Source: Candidatus Poribacteria bacterium | GTDB taxonomy: Bacteria > Poribacteria > WGA-4E > WGA-3G | Assembly: GCA_965205015.1 (NCBI GenBank) | Contig: OZ242029.1 | Span: forward strand, 4,320,001-4,384,000 | Reading direction: 5' to 3' | DNA length: 64,000 bases | Shown: positions 40,734-52,036 of the stretch, piece by piece | How the letters are laid out: the number at the start of each line of letters is the position of its first letter | Numbering within the stretch: the first letter of the stretch is position 1 | Notes under the pieces: generated by a model | What the model was told of the DNA's origin: nothing | The model's input: only the letters and a program-made list of their open reading frames with translations | Database searches by the model: none | Position numbers and translations under genes: made by a program

Positions 40734-41672
40734 ATGCCATTAGAACTATCAAATCTTTTGGAGGCACTCAATTCGGTTACTGCGATTCCGATTGTTCCTT
40801 TCGATGGAGACACAATTGATTACACCGGACACGCCAAAAACATTGACTATTTGATGCGCAACAACTATCTTGACGAAGGACGACAGCGTGTCATTGCCAT
40901 CGCTGGAACGAGTTTGATCCATCATATCAGTGAAACTGAGCAGCTTCGGCTCATCGACCAAACCGGACGACAAATAGGGGATACTGGCATCCTTATGTCG
41001 GGTATCGTCCCGAATCCTATCGGTCAAGCCGGTCAACTCATTGAAGCGCAGTCTGAACTTCATAAACCGCCAGATGTGTATCTGCTCATGCCATTAACGG
41101 GAATCTCCAGTCCAGAGGGTATCTACCAACAGTACATGGCATTCGGTGAGAAATATGGAACCGATTGTGGGGCGCGCTTTCTCTACTATTTCCGTCAGAA
41201 ACGCGATTTAGAAGCCGTCATTCGTCTCCTGAACGATTCACCTCATTTCGTGGGTGTGAAGGTCGGGACAGGTGAAGAGGACGTTGTACCGCTCGTCGAG
41301 GGGGTTGGGGATAGCGGGATTGTGATGTGGGGTATCGGGGATAGATGTACCCGTCCTGCCCAACTCGGTACGAAAGGACATACCTCTGGTATTGCGGTAG
41401 CCTTCGCGCGTGCCTCTGACGAGATTAACAATGCCCAACGCCGGGAGGATTACGAGACCTCTGCCCGCATTGAAGCCGACATTGCCCCGCTTGAGGAGAT
41501 TCGTTTCATGAACGAGCGCGTCTACAACTATTCTGCCGTTGTTGAAGCGATGATCTTAAGCGGTTTCGACGATATTGCCGCTGGAACGGGGGGTCCATTT
41601 AATCCACGTGTTCCCTCAGAAATTCAGGAACACCTTCGCACGGTGATGCACACGTTGAAGCGTTACCATTAA
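40734..41672 (+). CDS. Dihydrodipicolinate synthase-family lyase (possible keto-deoxy-aldarate dehydratase)
   Basis: AIPIVPF, FVGVKVG Schiff-base Lys, GHTSGIA. Confidence 0.7.
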   Translation: MPLELSNLLEALNSVTAIPIVPFDGDTIDYTGHAKNIDYLMRNNYLDEGRQRVIAIAGTSLIHHISETEQLRLIDQTGRQIGDTGILMSGIVPNPIGQAGQLIEAQSELHKPPDVYLLMPLTGISSPEGIYQQYMAFGEKYGTDCGARFLYYFRQKRDLEAVIRLLNDSPHFVGVKVGTGEEDVVPLVEGVGDSGIVMWGIGDRCTRPAQLGTKGHTSGIAVAFARASDEINNAQRREDYETSARIEADIAPLEEIRFMNERVYNYSAVVEAMILSGFDDIAAGTGGPFNPRVPSEIQEHLRTVMHTLKRYH

Positions 41673-41804
41673 AATGCTTTGACAAAAGCTATGATTTTAC
41701 GCTAAAATAACTTAAACTGCTATCGAAAAGGTCATAGACGTCTGAATACAAAGTCTTCTCAAGCGAAACATACATCACTCTTCAGTTTCGCACAGGACAT
41801 TGGA

Positions 41805-42188
41805 TTGACAAACGCAATCATCTTTATCGGGGTGGTTGTCAGTTATCTTTTCACCGCGCCACCTGTTTCGGTCAGCAGTTTCTCCGAGCGACTTCGGTTG
41901 ATAGTCGCTGATATAGGTGCCGTGATCCCGGCAGCATTTTTTGTGACATTTGCGATTGATGTAGGAGGATCGTCACTCATGTTATTCTGGAATTTGATGA
42001 AACGCGAGTTAAATAAATATGACGCTAAGCTTATAGAACAAGGAAGAACCGAGGGCATAGAACAAGGAAAGACCGAGGCCTACCAACAGATAGCCGAATG
42101 GAACGCTCGACGCCTTGAGGCGGCAGCAAAAGGTATCCCTTTCGATGAACCCCCACCGACACAAAACGGGGATCAACCGAACCCATAG
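41805..42188 (+). CDS. Hypothetical small membrane protein
   Basis: Two hydrophobic helices, EQGRTEGIEQGKTE repeat, WNARRLEAAAKGIPFDEPPP tail; TTGACA-18-TAAAAT upstream (41679-41708). Confidence 0.55.
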   Translation: MTNAIIFIGVVVSYLFTAPPVSVSSFSERLRLIVADIGAVIPAAFFVTFAIDVGGSSLMLFWNLMKRELNKYDAKLIEQGRTEGIEQGKTEAYQQIAEWNARRLEAAAKGIPFDEPPPTQNGDQPNP

Positions 42189-42218
42189 TTCCCTCAACTG
42201 TAACGAGAAGCACTGAAC

Positions 42219-43928
42219 ATGTCTTATGATAGTTTAGCACTTCGCTTGGTCGTGCAGGAATTGCGTGAAACCCTTTTAAGCGGCACAATTCGGCACATTG
42301 AACAGGCGAACCCTCACACGTTTTCATTTAAAATCGGTCGCGGTCCTCAGATGCGTTGGCTGACTCTGTCGGCACACTCGTTGCATGCCCGCGCGCATCT
42401 CATCCAGAAGCCGTCCCCCGGACAGAAACAATCCTATCTGGCGGATTTTCTCACAACACATCTCAGACGCGGCACGATTACGGCGATTGAACAACTCGGT
42501 TGGGATCGGATACTCAAAATAACCGTTCAACCCGTTTCCGATGAACCGATACAGCCGTCGCCTAAAGCCATTATCGCCGAATTTATGGGCAAACATAGCA
42601 ACATTATTCTCATCGACGCAACCGACGACAGGATTTTGGAAAGTCTCAAACGTATTGACGAGACAATGAGCCGACATCGAGAGATCTTGCCCGGTGAAAC
42701 TTATACGTTGCCACCGCAACAGGAGAAGTTGGATCCACTAACATTGGATGAAGCAGCGTTCACAGAACTCGTTGGTGGACAGGAGGAGGTGCGGTGGCGG
42801 TACCTCTTTAACAACATTGACGGTTTTAGTCCGGCACTCGCAAAAGAGGTTGTCGCTCGGGCAGCGGAAACGGGACTTTGGGAAGCGTATCAGCAGGTCA
42901 TCGACTGTTTCGACGCAGCGCACACTTCACCGCAACTGCTCATGGATGGAGATGAACCGATTGCGGCTTCGGCTATGGTGCTTCATCAGTTTCCGAATGC
43001 TGCCTCTCAAGCGTTTGACACAATGAGCGACGCGCTCACTGCATATTACGAAGCAGTCACTTTGAAGGAGAACCTCGCTGCGGAACGCCGGACGCTCACG
43101 CAAGCACTGACGAAACAGGAGAATTTGCTCCAGCGAAAAGCAGATGGGCTGCACGCCGATCTGGGACGGGCAGAAAAAGCAGAGGATTATCGGATTCAGG
43201 GTGAATTGCTTCTCGCGAACCTACACACTATCACCCGCGGACAGGAACGGGTAGAATTACAAAACTATTACAGTCCTGATCTCGAAATGTTGTCGATTCC
43301 GCTGAACCCGGAACAAAGTCCATCGGAAAACGCACAGGCCTATTTCAAGAAATACACGAAAGCGAAACGGGGGCACTCACGCATCCAACAACTCATTTCG
43401 GATATAGAGGCGGATCAGGAGACACTTCGACTCTATGCCTCCAAATTAGAAGCGGCTGATACTTTAGAGGCACTGCAACGACTCCGTGCGGAGTTCGTCG
43501 CGAACGGCTATCTCAAGGCACCGCGGCGCGGTAAACAGAAACAGGAGGTGGGTGCAGGTCCTTTCCGAAGGTATACCTCTGTCAACGGCTTCCAGATGTA
43601 TGTTGGACGGAACAGTCAGTCGAATGACTTGCTCTTGCGTCAGATTGCCAAGCCCCGCGATATGTGGCTGCATGCGAAGCAAATTCACGGATCGCACGTT
43701 ATCATCCGCAACCCAGAGAATCGCCAGGATATTCCGATGCCGACGTTGTTACAAGCGGCGCAACTCGCGGCGTACTATAGCAAGGCACATCATGCCAGCA
43801 ACGTGCCTGTCGATTATACATGGGCGCGATATGTCGTGAAGCGTAAGGGTAACGTCGCTGGGTATGTGCATTACACGCGTGAGAAGACGTTATTTGTTGA
43901 GCCTGCTGTGCCTAAGTCGAAAGAATGA
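42219..43928 (+). CDS. rqcH: Ribosome quality control factor RqcH / NFACT (FbpA) family
   Basis: DRIL, EFMGKHSNIIL, ENAQAYFKKYTKAK, VGRNSQSND, WLHAKQIHGSHVII, VPVDYT. Confidence 0.92.
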   Translation: MSYDSLALRLVVQELRETLLSGTIRHIEQANPHTFSFKIGRGPQMRWLTLSAHSLHARAHLIQKPSPGQKQSYLADFLTTHLRRGTITAIEQLGWDRILKITVQPVSDEPIQPSPKAIIAEFMGKHSNIILIDATDDRILESLKRIDETMSRHREILPGETYTLPPQQEKLDPLTLDEAAFTELVGGQEEVRWRYLFNNIDGFSPALAKEVVARAAETGLWEAYQQVIDCFDAAHTSPQLLMDGDEPIAASAMVLHQFPNAASQAFDTMSDALTAYYEAVTLKENLAAERRTLTQALTKQENLLQRKADGLHADLGRAEKAEDYRIQGELLLANLHTITRGQERVELQNYYSPDLEMLSIPLNPEQSPSENAQAYFKKYTKAKRGHSRIQQLISDIEADQETLRLYASKLEAADTLEALQRLRAEFVANGYLKAPRRGKQKQEVGAGPFRRYTSVNGFQMYVGRNSQSNDLLLRQIAKPRDMWLHAKQIHGSHVIIRNPENRQDIPMPTLLQAAQLAAYYSKAHHASNVPVDYTWARYVVKRKGNVAGYVHYTREKTLFVEPAVPKSKE

Positions 43929-43956
43929 AAATCTTGTTTTCTGTCAGAGTTGGGTT

Positions 43957-44190
43957 ATGATTGAATACAAAGGCTATATCGGTGCTGTCAATTTTGATCC
44001 AGAAATCGATCTTTTCCACGGAACGGTGATTAACACGAACGACGTAATCACGTTCTACGGGGCATCTGTAACCGAACTCCGCGAGGAGATGCAAAAGTCA
44101 ATTGAAGGTTATCTTGAATTCTGCACGGAGCAAGGGATAACACCAGAAAAGCCTTTCTCAGATAGATCCAACATAACATTGATTTCATAA
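43957..44190 (+). CDS. hicB: HicB-family antitoxin, C-terminally truncated, orphan
   Basis: MIEYKGYIGAVNFD...FHGTVIN..DVITF.G.SV.EL...PEKPFS; the usual RHH tail is absent. Confidence 0.8.
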   Translation: MIEYKGYIGAVNFDPEIDLFHGTVINTNDVITFYGASVTELREEMQKSIEGYLEFCTEQGITPEKPFSDRSNITLIS

Positions 44191-44208
44191 GAAATAGGAA
44201 AATTTTGC

Positions 44209-45336
44209 ATGAACGATTTGAGAAATACTATTTCGCATATTCTTGAACACGAACAACACTTAGCAGATGCCAATGAGGCAACCATTCAACAATATGCCGT
44301 TTTACCGATTCTACGGGCTTTAGGATGGGATGATACCAACTTGGCATCTATGGAAATTCTACCAGAATATAAGGTTGAAAGTCGAAGGGCTGATTATGCC
44401 TTACATATCCAAAGAGAACAAAATCCTGTAGTGCTGATTGAGTGCAAACGGTGGAATCAAGCGATCGGAAGGAACGAAGAGCAAATCTGCTTTTACGCCT
44501 ATAGCGGAAATATCCCACTGGCGATAATTACGAATGGCAAACTCTGGCGATTCTACCTGTCTCGGTGGGAAGCTTCAAGTTTGAGTGACAGGATTTTTTG
44601 CGAAGCCGATATTGAAAGTCGAGGGAATGCTATCTCCGATTTGGAGAAATATCTCTTAAAGGCAAATGTAATCTCAGGTGAAGCAGAACTGAACGCCGAA
44701 ATAGCGTTGGAAGAAAAAAGTAAAACGAGTAACTCTGAAATTAGTCCAATCATTCCAAATCCTAATCCTGTTGATGCTGGTGTCAATGATAAATCGGAAA
44801 AAAGACCAATTACGATTCTTCCTGAATCGGATATTGAGTGGACAATTGATATGGTTAGAAGTTCATTATCCCAAGAGCTTAGAATACACTATGAAAAAAC
44901 ATACTCTGAAAAGAGACTTGAGTCGTTTTACGGTGCAGTTGCGGGCGTACAGAATTTGATAAAAAAAGAGAAGTGGGGGCTAAATCCACCAAAATTTTCA
45001 AAAATGCTTTGTGGCTTTTGGCTAACAGGTAAGGGAGTTATAGGAAGAATAAGAAGAATATTTGGGATTCTGCCTGACGGTCGTTTTCCTGTAATGGAGA
45101 TTGTAGGTAGAGATGGTAAATTAATTAAGGCTTCTATTCCACCGAGGATCTTTGTCCGAATAACCAAGGAAGAAGCAGAACAATTGGAACGTCAAAACGT
45201 CGATTTGGATGGATGTAAGTTTTGTGGTGTCGGCAAGGATAAAACAGTAGATTTCGTCTATTACAATATTCCTAAAAACATGTCTGACCTTCTTCCTGCG
45301 TTTGAGTTTGCCTATAACAAGCATCGCGGAAGTTGA
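44209..45336 (+). CDS. HsdR-N-like PD-(D/E)XK nuclease domain protein
   Basis: NEATIQQYAVLPILRALGWD, PEY...RADYAL...LIECK, AIITNGKLWRFY; AT-rich relative to flanks. Confidence 0.75.
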   Translation: MNDLRNTISHILEHEQHLADANEATIQQYAVLPILRALGWDDTNLASMEILPEYKVESRRADYALHIQREQNPVVLIECKRWNQAIGRNEEQICFYAYSGNIPLAIITNGKLWRFYLSRWEASSLSDRIFCEADIESRGNAISDLEKYLLKANVISGEAELNAEIALEEKSKTSNSEISPIIPNPNPVDAGVNDKSEKRPITILPESDIEWTIDMVRSSLSQELRIHYEKTYSEKRLESFYGAVAGVQNLIKKEKWGLNPPKFSKMLCGFWLTGKGVIGRIRRIFGILPDGRFPVMEIVGRDGKLIKASIPPRIFVRITKEEAEQLERQNVDLDGCKFCGVGKDKTVDFVYYNIPKNMSDLLPAFEFAYNKHRGS

Positions 45337-45609
45337 TTCCAAAGAGCGAAGCATAGCGAAACCAACAATACAAATGTTATCGGTGTCAGAAGATGTCGGG
45401 TTTCACTCGTGTTGTGGTGATTTTATGCTGTTCGATGTCTTTGAAAGTCTATTTCCTTGATGACGCTTTGAGTCAGGTCCGTTCAACCCGACCTACGGGC
45501 TTACGTCGAGTTCGCGTTAAATACCTTCCATGCCAATCCACTGAAATTTGTAGACACTACTTTCAATTGTGCTATACTATCCCTCAAAATTAACATAGGA
45601 GAAATTTTT

Positions 45610-46338
45610 ATGAAACTGGTTAAGTGGTTCATACTGATTGCACTCCTTTGTGTTGTCAGTCTTTTTACGACAGGAATCGCAACAGCATTAGACGAATGGG
45701 TCCATGTTGACTTGGAATCCTTCGTTAACTCAAAACTCGTTAAACACGAGTGGTGGACGAAACAGCCTGGAGATAGCACGCTTTCCCGCTTGCCTATCGG
45801 TGAAGTTGGCGAATTTGAGGGACCCGACGGAAAGGTAGAGTTCCAAATCATAGACGGTGCGATTGTGCTCTTCGGCACCAATGCTGGGATATGGCCAAAA
45901 GCAGTTGAAGACATCGTCGTTGGCGGTAAGGCAAAATTCGTCTATTTCTTCCACGCGACCGGCTGGGAACAGAACGGCGTGCCAAGCTACAAGTTCGTGA
46001 TGAATTATCGGACCGGAAAGAAGGAAGAGCTTGAAATGATTTCAGGTTTTAACTCCGATGACTGGTGCCACGACGATGCCGCGCTCCAAGACGATAACTC
46101 TGTCTGGGGATGGGTGAAGAAGGAGGGCGGTCCTTGTGGGCACGCAGGATTGGTTACCACAAAGTGGGAAAACCCGAGACCCGATGATTGGATTGAGACG
46201 ATAGATGCTATTTCTTTAGAATTGGGTTCAGTGCCTGTCATTCCGGCGATAACTTTAGGTGAAGCGACACTTGCAGTCGATCCAATGGAGAAATTAGCTG
46301 TGACTTGGGGAGGTTTGAAAAATCCGAGTGGACGTTAG
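45610..46338 (+). CDS. Secreted hypothetical protein with a C-terminal KLAVTWGGLK motif
   Basis: Signal peptide; YFFHATGW, WENPRPDDWIETI (beta-sandwich-like); tail AVDPMEKLAVTWGGLK. Confidence 0.75.
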   Translation: MKLVKWFILIALLCVVSLFTTGIATALDEWVHVDLESFVNSKLVKHEWWTKQPGDSTLSRLPIGEVGEFEGPDGKVEFQIIDGAIVLFGTNAGIWPKAVEDIVVGGKAKFVYFFHATGWEQNGVPSYKFVMNYRTGKKEELEMISGFNSDDWCHDDAALQDDNSVWGWVKKEGGPCGHAGLVTTKWENPRPDDWIETIDAISLELGSVPVIPAITLGEATLAVDPMEKLAVTWGGLKNPSGR

Positions 46339-46351
46339 AATCCCTTTACGC

Positions 46352-46386
46352 ATAGGCGAGGTTTCTTAATCTCGCCTATTTTTTTT
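46352..46386 (+). terminator. Intrinsic terminator
   Basis: ATAGGCGAG / CTCGCCTAT stem followed by a T-tract. Confidence 0.75.
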
Positions 46387-46411
46387 CTCTTCACGTCTTA
46401 CGATAATAAAA

Positions 46412-46440
46412 TTGACTTTGTGTGTCGTGTATGCTATAAT
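46412..46440 (+). promoter_or_regulatory. Sigma70 promoter of groEL
   Basis: TTGACT, 17-nt spacer, TGcTATAAT (extended -10). Confidence 0.7.
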
Positions 46441-46501
46441 TATATCAGCGATTTGTAATCGCAACACTTTTGATTCTGTAATATTACAACACTAAAATTG
46501 A

Positions 46502-48160
<1,659 letters not shown>

Positions 48161-48183
48161 ACGTATTCATCGTTAGTAATGTA

Positions 48184-48265
48184 GGCAGGCACAAGACCTG
48201 ATGAATAATGTGGGCAGGCACAAGGCCTGATGAATAATGTGGGCAGGCACAAGGCCTGCCCCTAC
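48184..48265. repeat. Three tandem REP-like units, 29-nt period (same family as 17632)
   Basis: GGCAGGCACAAG(A/G)CCTG at 48184, 48213 and 48242; the last ends in CCCCTAC. Confidence 0.75.
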
Positions 48266-48272
48266 TTTGTAT

Positions 48273-48734
48273 TTAATACCTTGCTTCCATCCCGCTATCC
48301 CAATCACAATCGAGACAAAACATCACCTTCGGTCCTAAGTACTGGATGTTTTTGCCACTACACTCCGGGCACACTTTTATCGGCTTCTCGATTTCATCGG
48401 TCTCACCGTGTTGGAGAATGTTCAGATAATACACCTTTAGCACACCCGGATAACGGTGTCCCATCGGACAGCGGATCAGATCGGAACTATCATTCTCAAA
48501 ACGTTCTATTGTTTCGCGAAGGAATGTCAATCGGCGGTGGCAGATTGGACAAGGATTGGGGGTCAATTCCTTCAGGACGATCAAGTCGGTATTTTCTTGT
48601 TGGATGGAGACTGATAAGGCGAGATGATGGGCGAGTTGCAAATGCGATATGCCTTGAGACCCGAGTTTTTTGGCGAGTTCAGAAACGAGTTTCGCGTAAC
48701 TTTGTGGACTGAGGACCACTTCTGTCGGAATCAT
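48273..48734 (-). CDS. Hypothetical Zn-ribbon protein
   Basis: CPIC, CPMGH, CPEC and CLDC pairs. Confidence 0.6.
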   Translation of the reverse strand: MIPTEVVLSPQSYAKLVSELAKKLGSQGISHLQLAHHLALSVSIQQENTDLIVLKELTPNPCPICHRRLTFLRETIERFENDSSDLIRCPMGHRYPGVLKVYYLNILQHGETDEIEKPIKVCPECSGKNIQYLGPKVMFCLDCDWDSGMEARY

Positions 48735-48824
48735 CGTTCCGCCCTTTAAGCTGGAGAGAAGTTGATAGATGCGTTCTAAAATGGGCTGCCACCCCCTATA
48801 CCTTTCTAACAGAATAGAAAAGAA

Positions 48825-49205
48825 CTATACTGTCCTACCTTCGGTGGGTTCAGAAGCTAATGTCCGTTCATTACCGCGCGCGAGTGGTGAAGAGGATACC
48901 CCCCTTTGGGAACGGTAAGCATCCGCTGGCTGGTTCCGGATCAGAATTAGATCGTCCCCATCACGTTCAATAATATCGTCCTGCATTAATGTGATTTCAA
49001 ATTTTCGCATGCTGGTCATGAAGTTAATGGTGACGCGCGCCGCTGCTTCCAACTTAATCTGCCAACCGGTTGCCGTTTTCGTCCGAGTGAACCGATCACT
49101 AATATCAAGGGACTGCATCTGGGCAGCGTTGACGATCACACCGCTCGCTGCTTGTGTTCGTTCTTGGGCTTCGACAGCACTCTGATTATTGTTTTGTTCC
49201 GCCAT
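48825..49205 (-). CDS. Hypothetical protein
   Basis: MAEQNN start after a GAGGTG RBS; own promoter TTGACA-18-TAAAAT (49271-49242). Confidence 0.6.
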   Translation of the reverse strand: MAEQNNNQSAVEAQERTQAASGVIVNAAQMQSLDISDRFTRTKTATGWQIKLEAAARVTINFMTSMRKFEITLMQDDIIERDGDDLILIRNQPADAYRSQRGVSSSPLARGNERTLASEPTEGRTV

Positions 49206-49358
49206 GTTGCACTTCACCTCTACAAAATTCGAATTGAGCATATTTTAACAGAGGGCGTTCTCTGTTGTCAAACAATTTTTTCGAGGGTGTGCCTCATGTC
49301 CGAGATGCGGGCACTTAAAACAAAAAGTTAGGTGGCTCTGTGCCTGAGAAAAGCCCGC

Positions 49359-49387
49359 TTGACAATACGGCGAGGATATGTTAAAAT
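49359..49387 (+). promoter_or_regulatory. Sigma70 promoter of leuS-rnj
   Basis: TTGACA (49359), 17-nt spacer, TAAAAT (49382) with an upstream TG. Confidence 0.7.
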
Positions 49388-49438
49388 TGATACTCGTAAA
49401 GCCACTATGAACAGGATTACAAAGGAGACGAACGCGAA

Positions 49439-52021
49439 ATGGAGAACCATCCTTACACTCCCACAGAAATAGAGCCCTATTGGCAAGCGGCGTGGGAAGA
49501 AAAAGAAGCATTCAAAATTCCAAACGATATTGAAACCTTGGCAAAGAAACCGAAGTTCTACGTGCTCGGAATGTTCCCCTATACTTCAGGTGCCGGACTG
49601 CACGTCGGACACTCAAAAAACTACTTACCCACCGATGTGCTTGCGAACTTCCGGCGAATGCAGGGCTACCACGTGATGCACCCAATGGGATGGGATGCCT
49701 TTGGACTTCCGACCGAACGGACAGCCGTCCGTGAAAATGAACACCCGGCGCACATCACACAACGGAACACGACCACCTTTCGTCAGCAGATGCAAAGGTT
49801 CGGTTTCTCTTACGACTGGTCGCGCGAAATTGATACCTCCCTCCCTGAATATTACAGATGGACACAATGGATTTTTCTCCGCCTTTACGAAAAAGGCTTG
49901 GCATATCTCGCCGAGGTCCCTGTTAACTGGTGTCCGGCGTTAAGTACCGTCCTTGCAAACGAAGAGGTGAAGGATGGAAAATATGTCGAAACGGGGGATC
50001 CGGTTGAACGCCGCCTCATGCGCCAATGGATGCTCAAAATTACCGCTTATGCAGATCGACTTCTGGAGGACCTGGATCTCTTGGATTGGCCCGAGGGGCT
50101 CAAAGAGATGCAAAGGCATTGGATCGGTAAGTCGGAAGGGGCGGACATCACCTTCGATGTTAAGGACAGTGATCACACGTTCACTGTTTTCACGACGCGT
50201 CCCGATACACTCTTCGGTGCAACCTACTGTGTCCTTGCTCCCGAACATCCGCTCGTCTCCGAGATAACGCACTCCGATGCAGTCTCCACAGTTAACGCTT
50301 ACGTCAAAGAAGCCGTCAACAAATCCGACCTTCAACGGACAGATCTCGCCACAGAGAAGACGGGTGTTTTTACGGGTGCCTATGCGATCAACCCGTGCAA
50401 CAACGCCCCTATCCCGATCTGGGTTGCAGATTACGTTCTAATGACATACGGCACGGGTGCCATCATGGCGGTTCCGGGACACGATGAACGCGACCATGAA
50501 TTCGCCACAACTTTCGGTATTCCGATCGTCGAAGTCATCCGCCCCTTCCCCGGAACGGGTGTGGACCCCGGCGGCGAAAAACCGATCGAAGCGGCGGCTT
50601 TTGAAGGGGACGGTATTTGCGTCAACTCCGGTTTCCTCAACGATTTACACGTTGCTGAGGCGAAAGAGAAAATGATCGGATGGCTTGAAGTCGAGAAAAG
50701 GGGAACGCGCCGAGTTCAATATCGTTTACGAGACTGGCTCTTCTCCCGGCAACGTTATTGGGGCGAACCCTTCCCTCTGGTGCATCTTGACGATGGAACG
50801 ATCGTTCAACTGCCAGACGAGGCGTTGCCTTTAGAACTTCCGCCTATTGATGCATACAAGCCGACAGAGGATGGTAAACCACCGCTCGCCCGCGCCGATG
50901 CGGATTGGTTAAGAGTAACGCTACCCGATGGTCAAACAGCGACGCGAGAGACGAACATTATGCCGCAATGGGCGGGTTCCTGCTGGTATTATCTCCGCTT
51001 CCTTGACGCACAGAATGCTGATACCGCCTTTGAGTCGGCACTTGAACGCTATTGGATGCCTGTCGATCTTTATTTAGGTGGTGCCGAGCACGCTGTGTTA
51101 CATCTGCTCTACGCCCGGTTTTGGCATAAGGTGCTTTACGATTGCGGATTGGTCTCCACGAAAGAACCGTTCCAGGGTTTGGTGAACCAAGGGACAATCC
51201 TCGCGGAATCGTATCAGGATAATGCTGGGAAGTATTACTACCCACACGAAGTTGAACGGAACAACGGGAAAGCCGTAACCAAAACCTCTGGTATGTCGCT
51301 TCATGTACAAATGGAGAAGATGTCCAAATCGCGCTTCAACGTTATCAACTCGGATGATGTTATTGACCAATATGGCGCAGATGCAATTCGCCTCTATCTT
51401 CTGTTTATCGGACCCGTCACAGCCAGCACCCCGTGGCAAGATGCCGGTGTAGAAGGCGTCTACCGATTCCTCCAACGCGTCTGGAGGCTCGTTATTGATG
51501 AAGAGAGCGGTGAACTCAGCGAGAAGTTAACCGACATTGCTGGCACAACGGAACCTGAACTTTGGCGGGAACTCCATAAGACCATCAAGCAGGTAACCGA
51601 AGACACGGCGTCCATCGACAAGATGAATACAGCGATTAGCCAGATGATGATTTTCGTTAACGTCGCTACACAGGCGAAAACGCTACCGAAAGAGATCTTG
51701 AAGGTCTTCTTACATCTGCTCTCGCCTTATGCACCGCATATCGCACAGGAATTGTGGCACCGCTTGGGTGAAACAGGGTTTATCGCGCTTTCACAGTGGC
51801 CTACACACGACGAATCCGTACTTACCAGTGCTACCGTAACCATTGTTGCCCAAGTCAATGGAAAACTCCGCAGCCGGCTCCAACTTCCTGCCGATGTAAC
51901 CGACAAGGAGATCGAGGCAGCAGCACTCGCAGATGAACGGGTTCAGCGGTTCATCGAAGGGAAACCGATTCGGAAGGTCATCGTCGTCCCGAACCGTAAT
52001 CTTATTAACATCGTTGTTTAA
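49439..52021 (+). CDS. leuS: Leucyl-tRNA synthetase
   Basis: [24 protein letters not shown] editing domain, KMSKS. Confidence 0.97.
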   Translation: MENHPYTPTEIEPYWQAAWEEKEAFKIPNDIETLAKKPKFYVLGMFPYTSGAGLHVGHSKNYLPTDVLANFRRMQGYHVMHPMGWDAFGLPTERTAVRENEHPAHITQRNTTTFRQQMQRFGFSYDWSREIDTSLPEYYRWTQWIFLRLYEKGLAYLAEVPVNWCPALSTVLANEEVKDGKYVETGDPVERRLMRQWMLKITAYADRLLEDLDLLDWPEGLKEMQRHWIGKSEGADITFDVKDSDHTFTVFTTRPDTLFGATYCVLAPEHPLVSEITHSDAVSTVNAYVKEAVNKSDLQRTDLATEKTGVFTGAYAINPCNNAPIPIWVADYVLMTYGTGAIMAVPGHDERDHEFATTFGIPIVEVIRPFPGTGVDPGGEKPIEAAAFEGDGICVNSGFLNDLHVAEAKEKMIGWLEVEKRGTRRVQYRLRDWLFSRQRYWGEPFPLVHLDDGTIVQLPDEALPLELPPIDAYKPTEDGKPPLARADADWLRVTLPDGQTATRETNIMPQWAGSCWYYLRFLDAQNADTAFESALERYWMPVDLYLGGAEHAVLHLLYARFWHKVLYDCGLVSTKEPFQGLVNQGTILAESYQDNAGKYYYPHEVERNNGKAVTKTSGMSLHVQMEKMSKSRFNVINSDDVIDQYGADAIRLYLLFIGPVTASTPWQDAGVEGVYRFLQRVWRLVIDEESGELSEKLTDIAGTTEPELWRELHKTIKQVTEDTASIDKMNTAISQMMIFVNVATQAKTLPKEILKVFLHLLSPYAPHIAQELWHRLGETGFIALSQWPTHDESVLTSATVTIVAQVNGKLRSRLQLPADVTDKEIEAAALADERVQRFIEGKPIRKVIVVPNRNLINIVV

Positions 52022-52036
52022 AGGAATAATTAAAAA

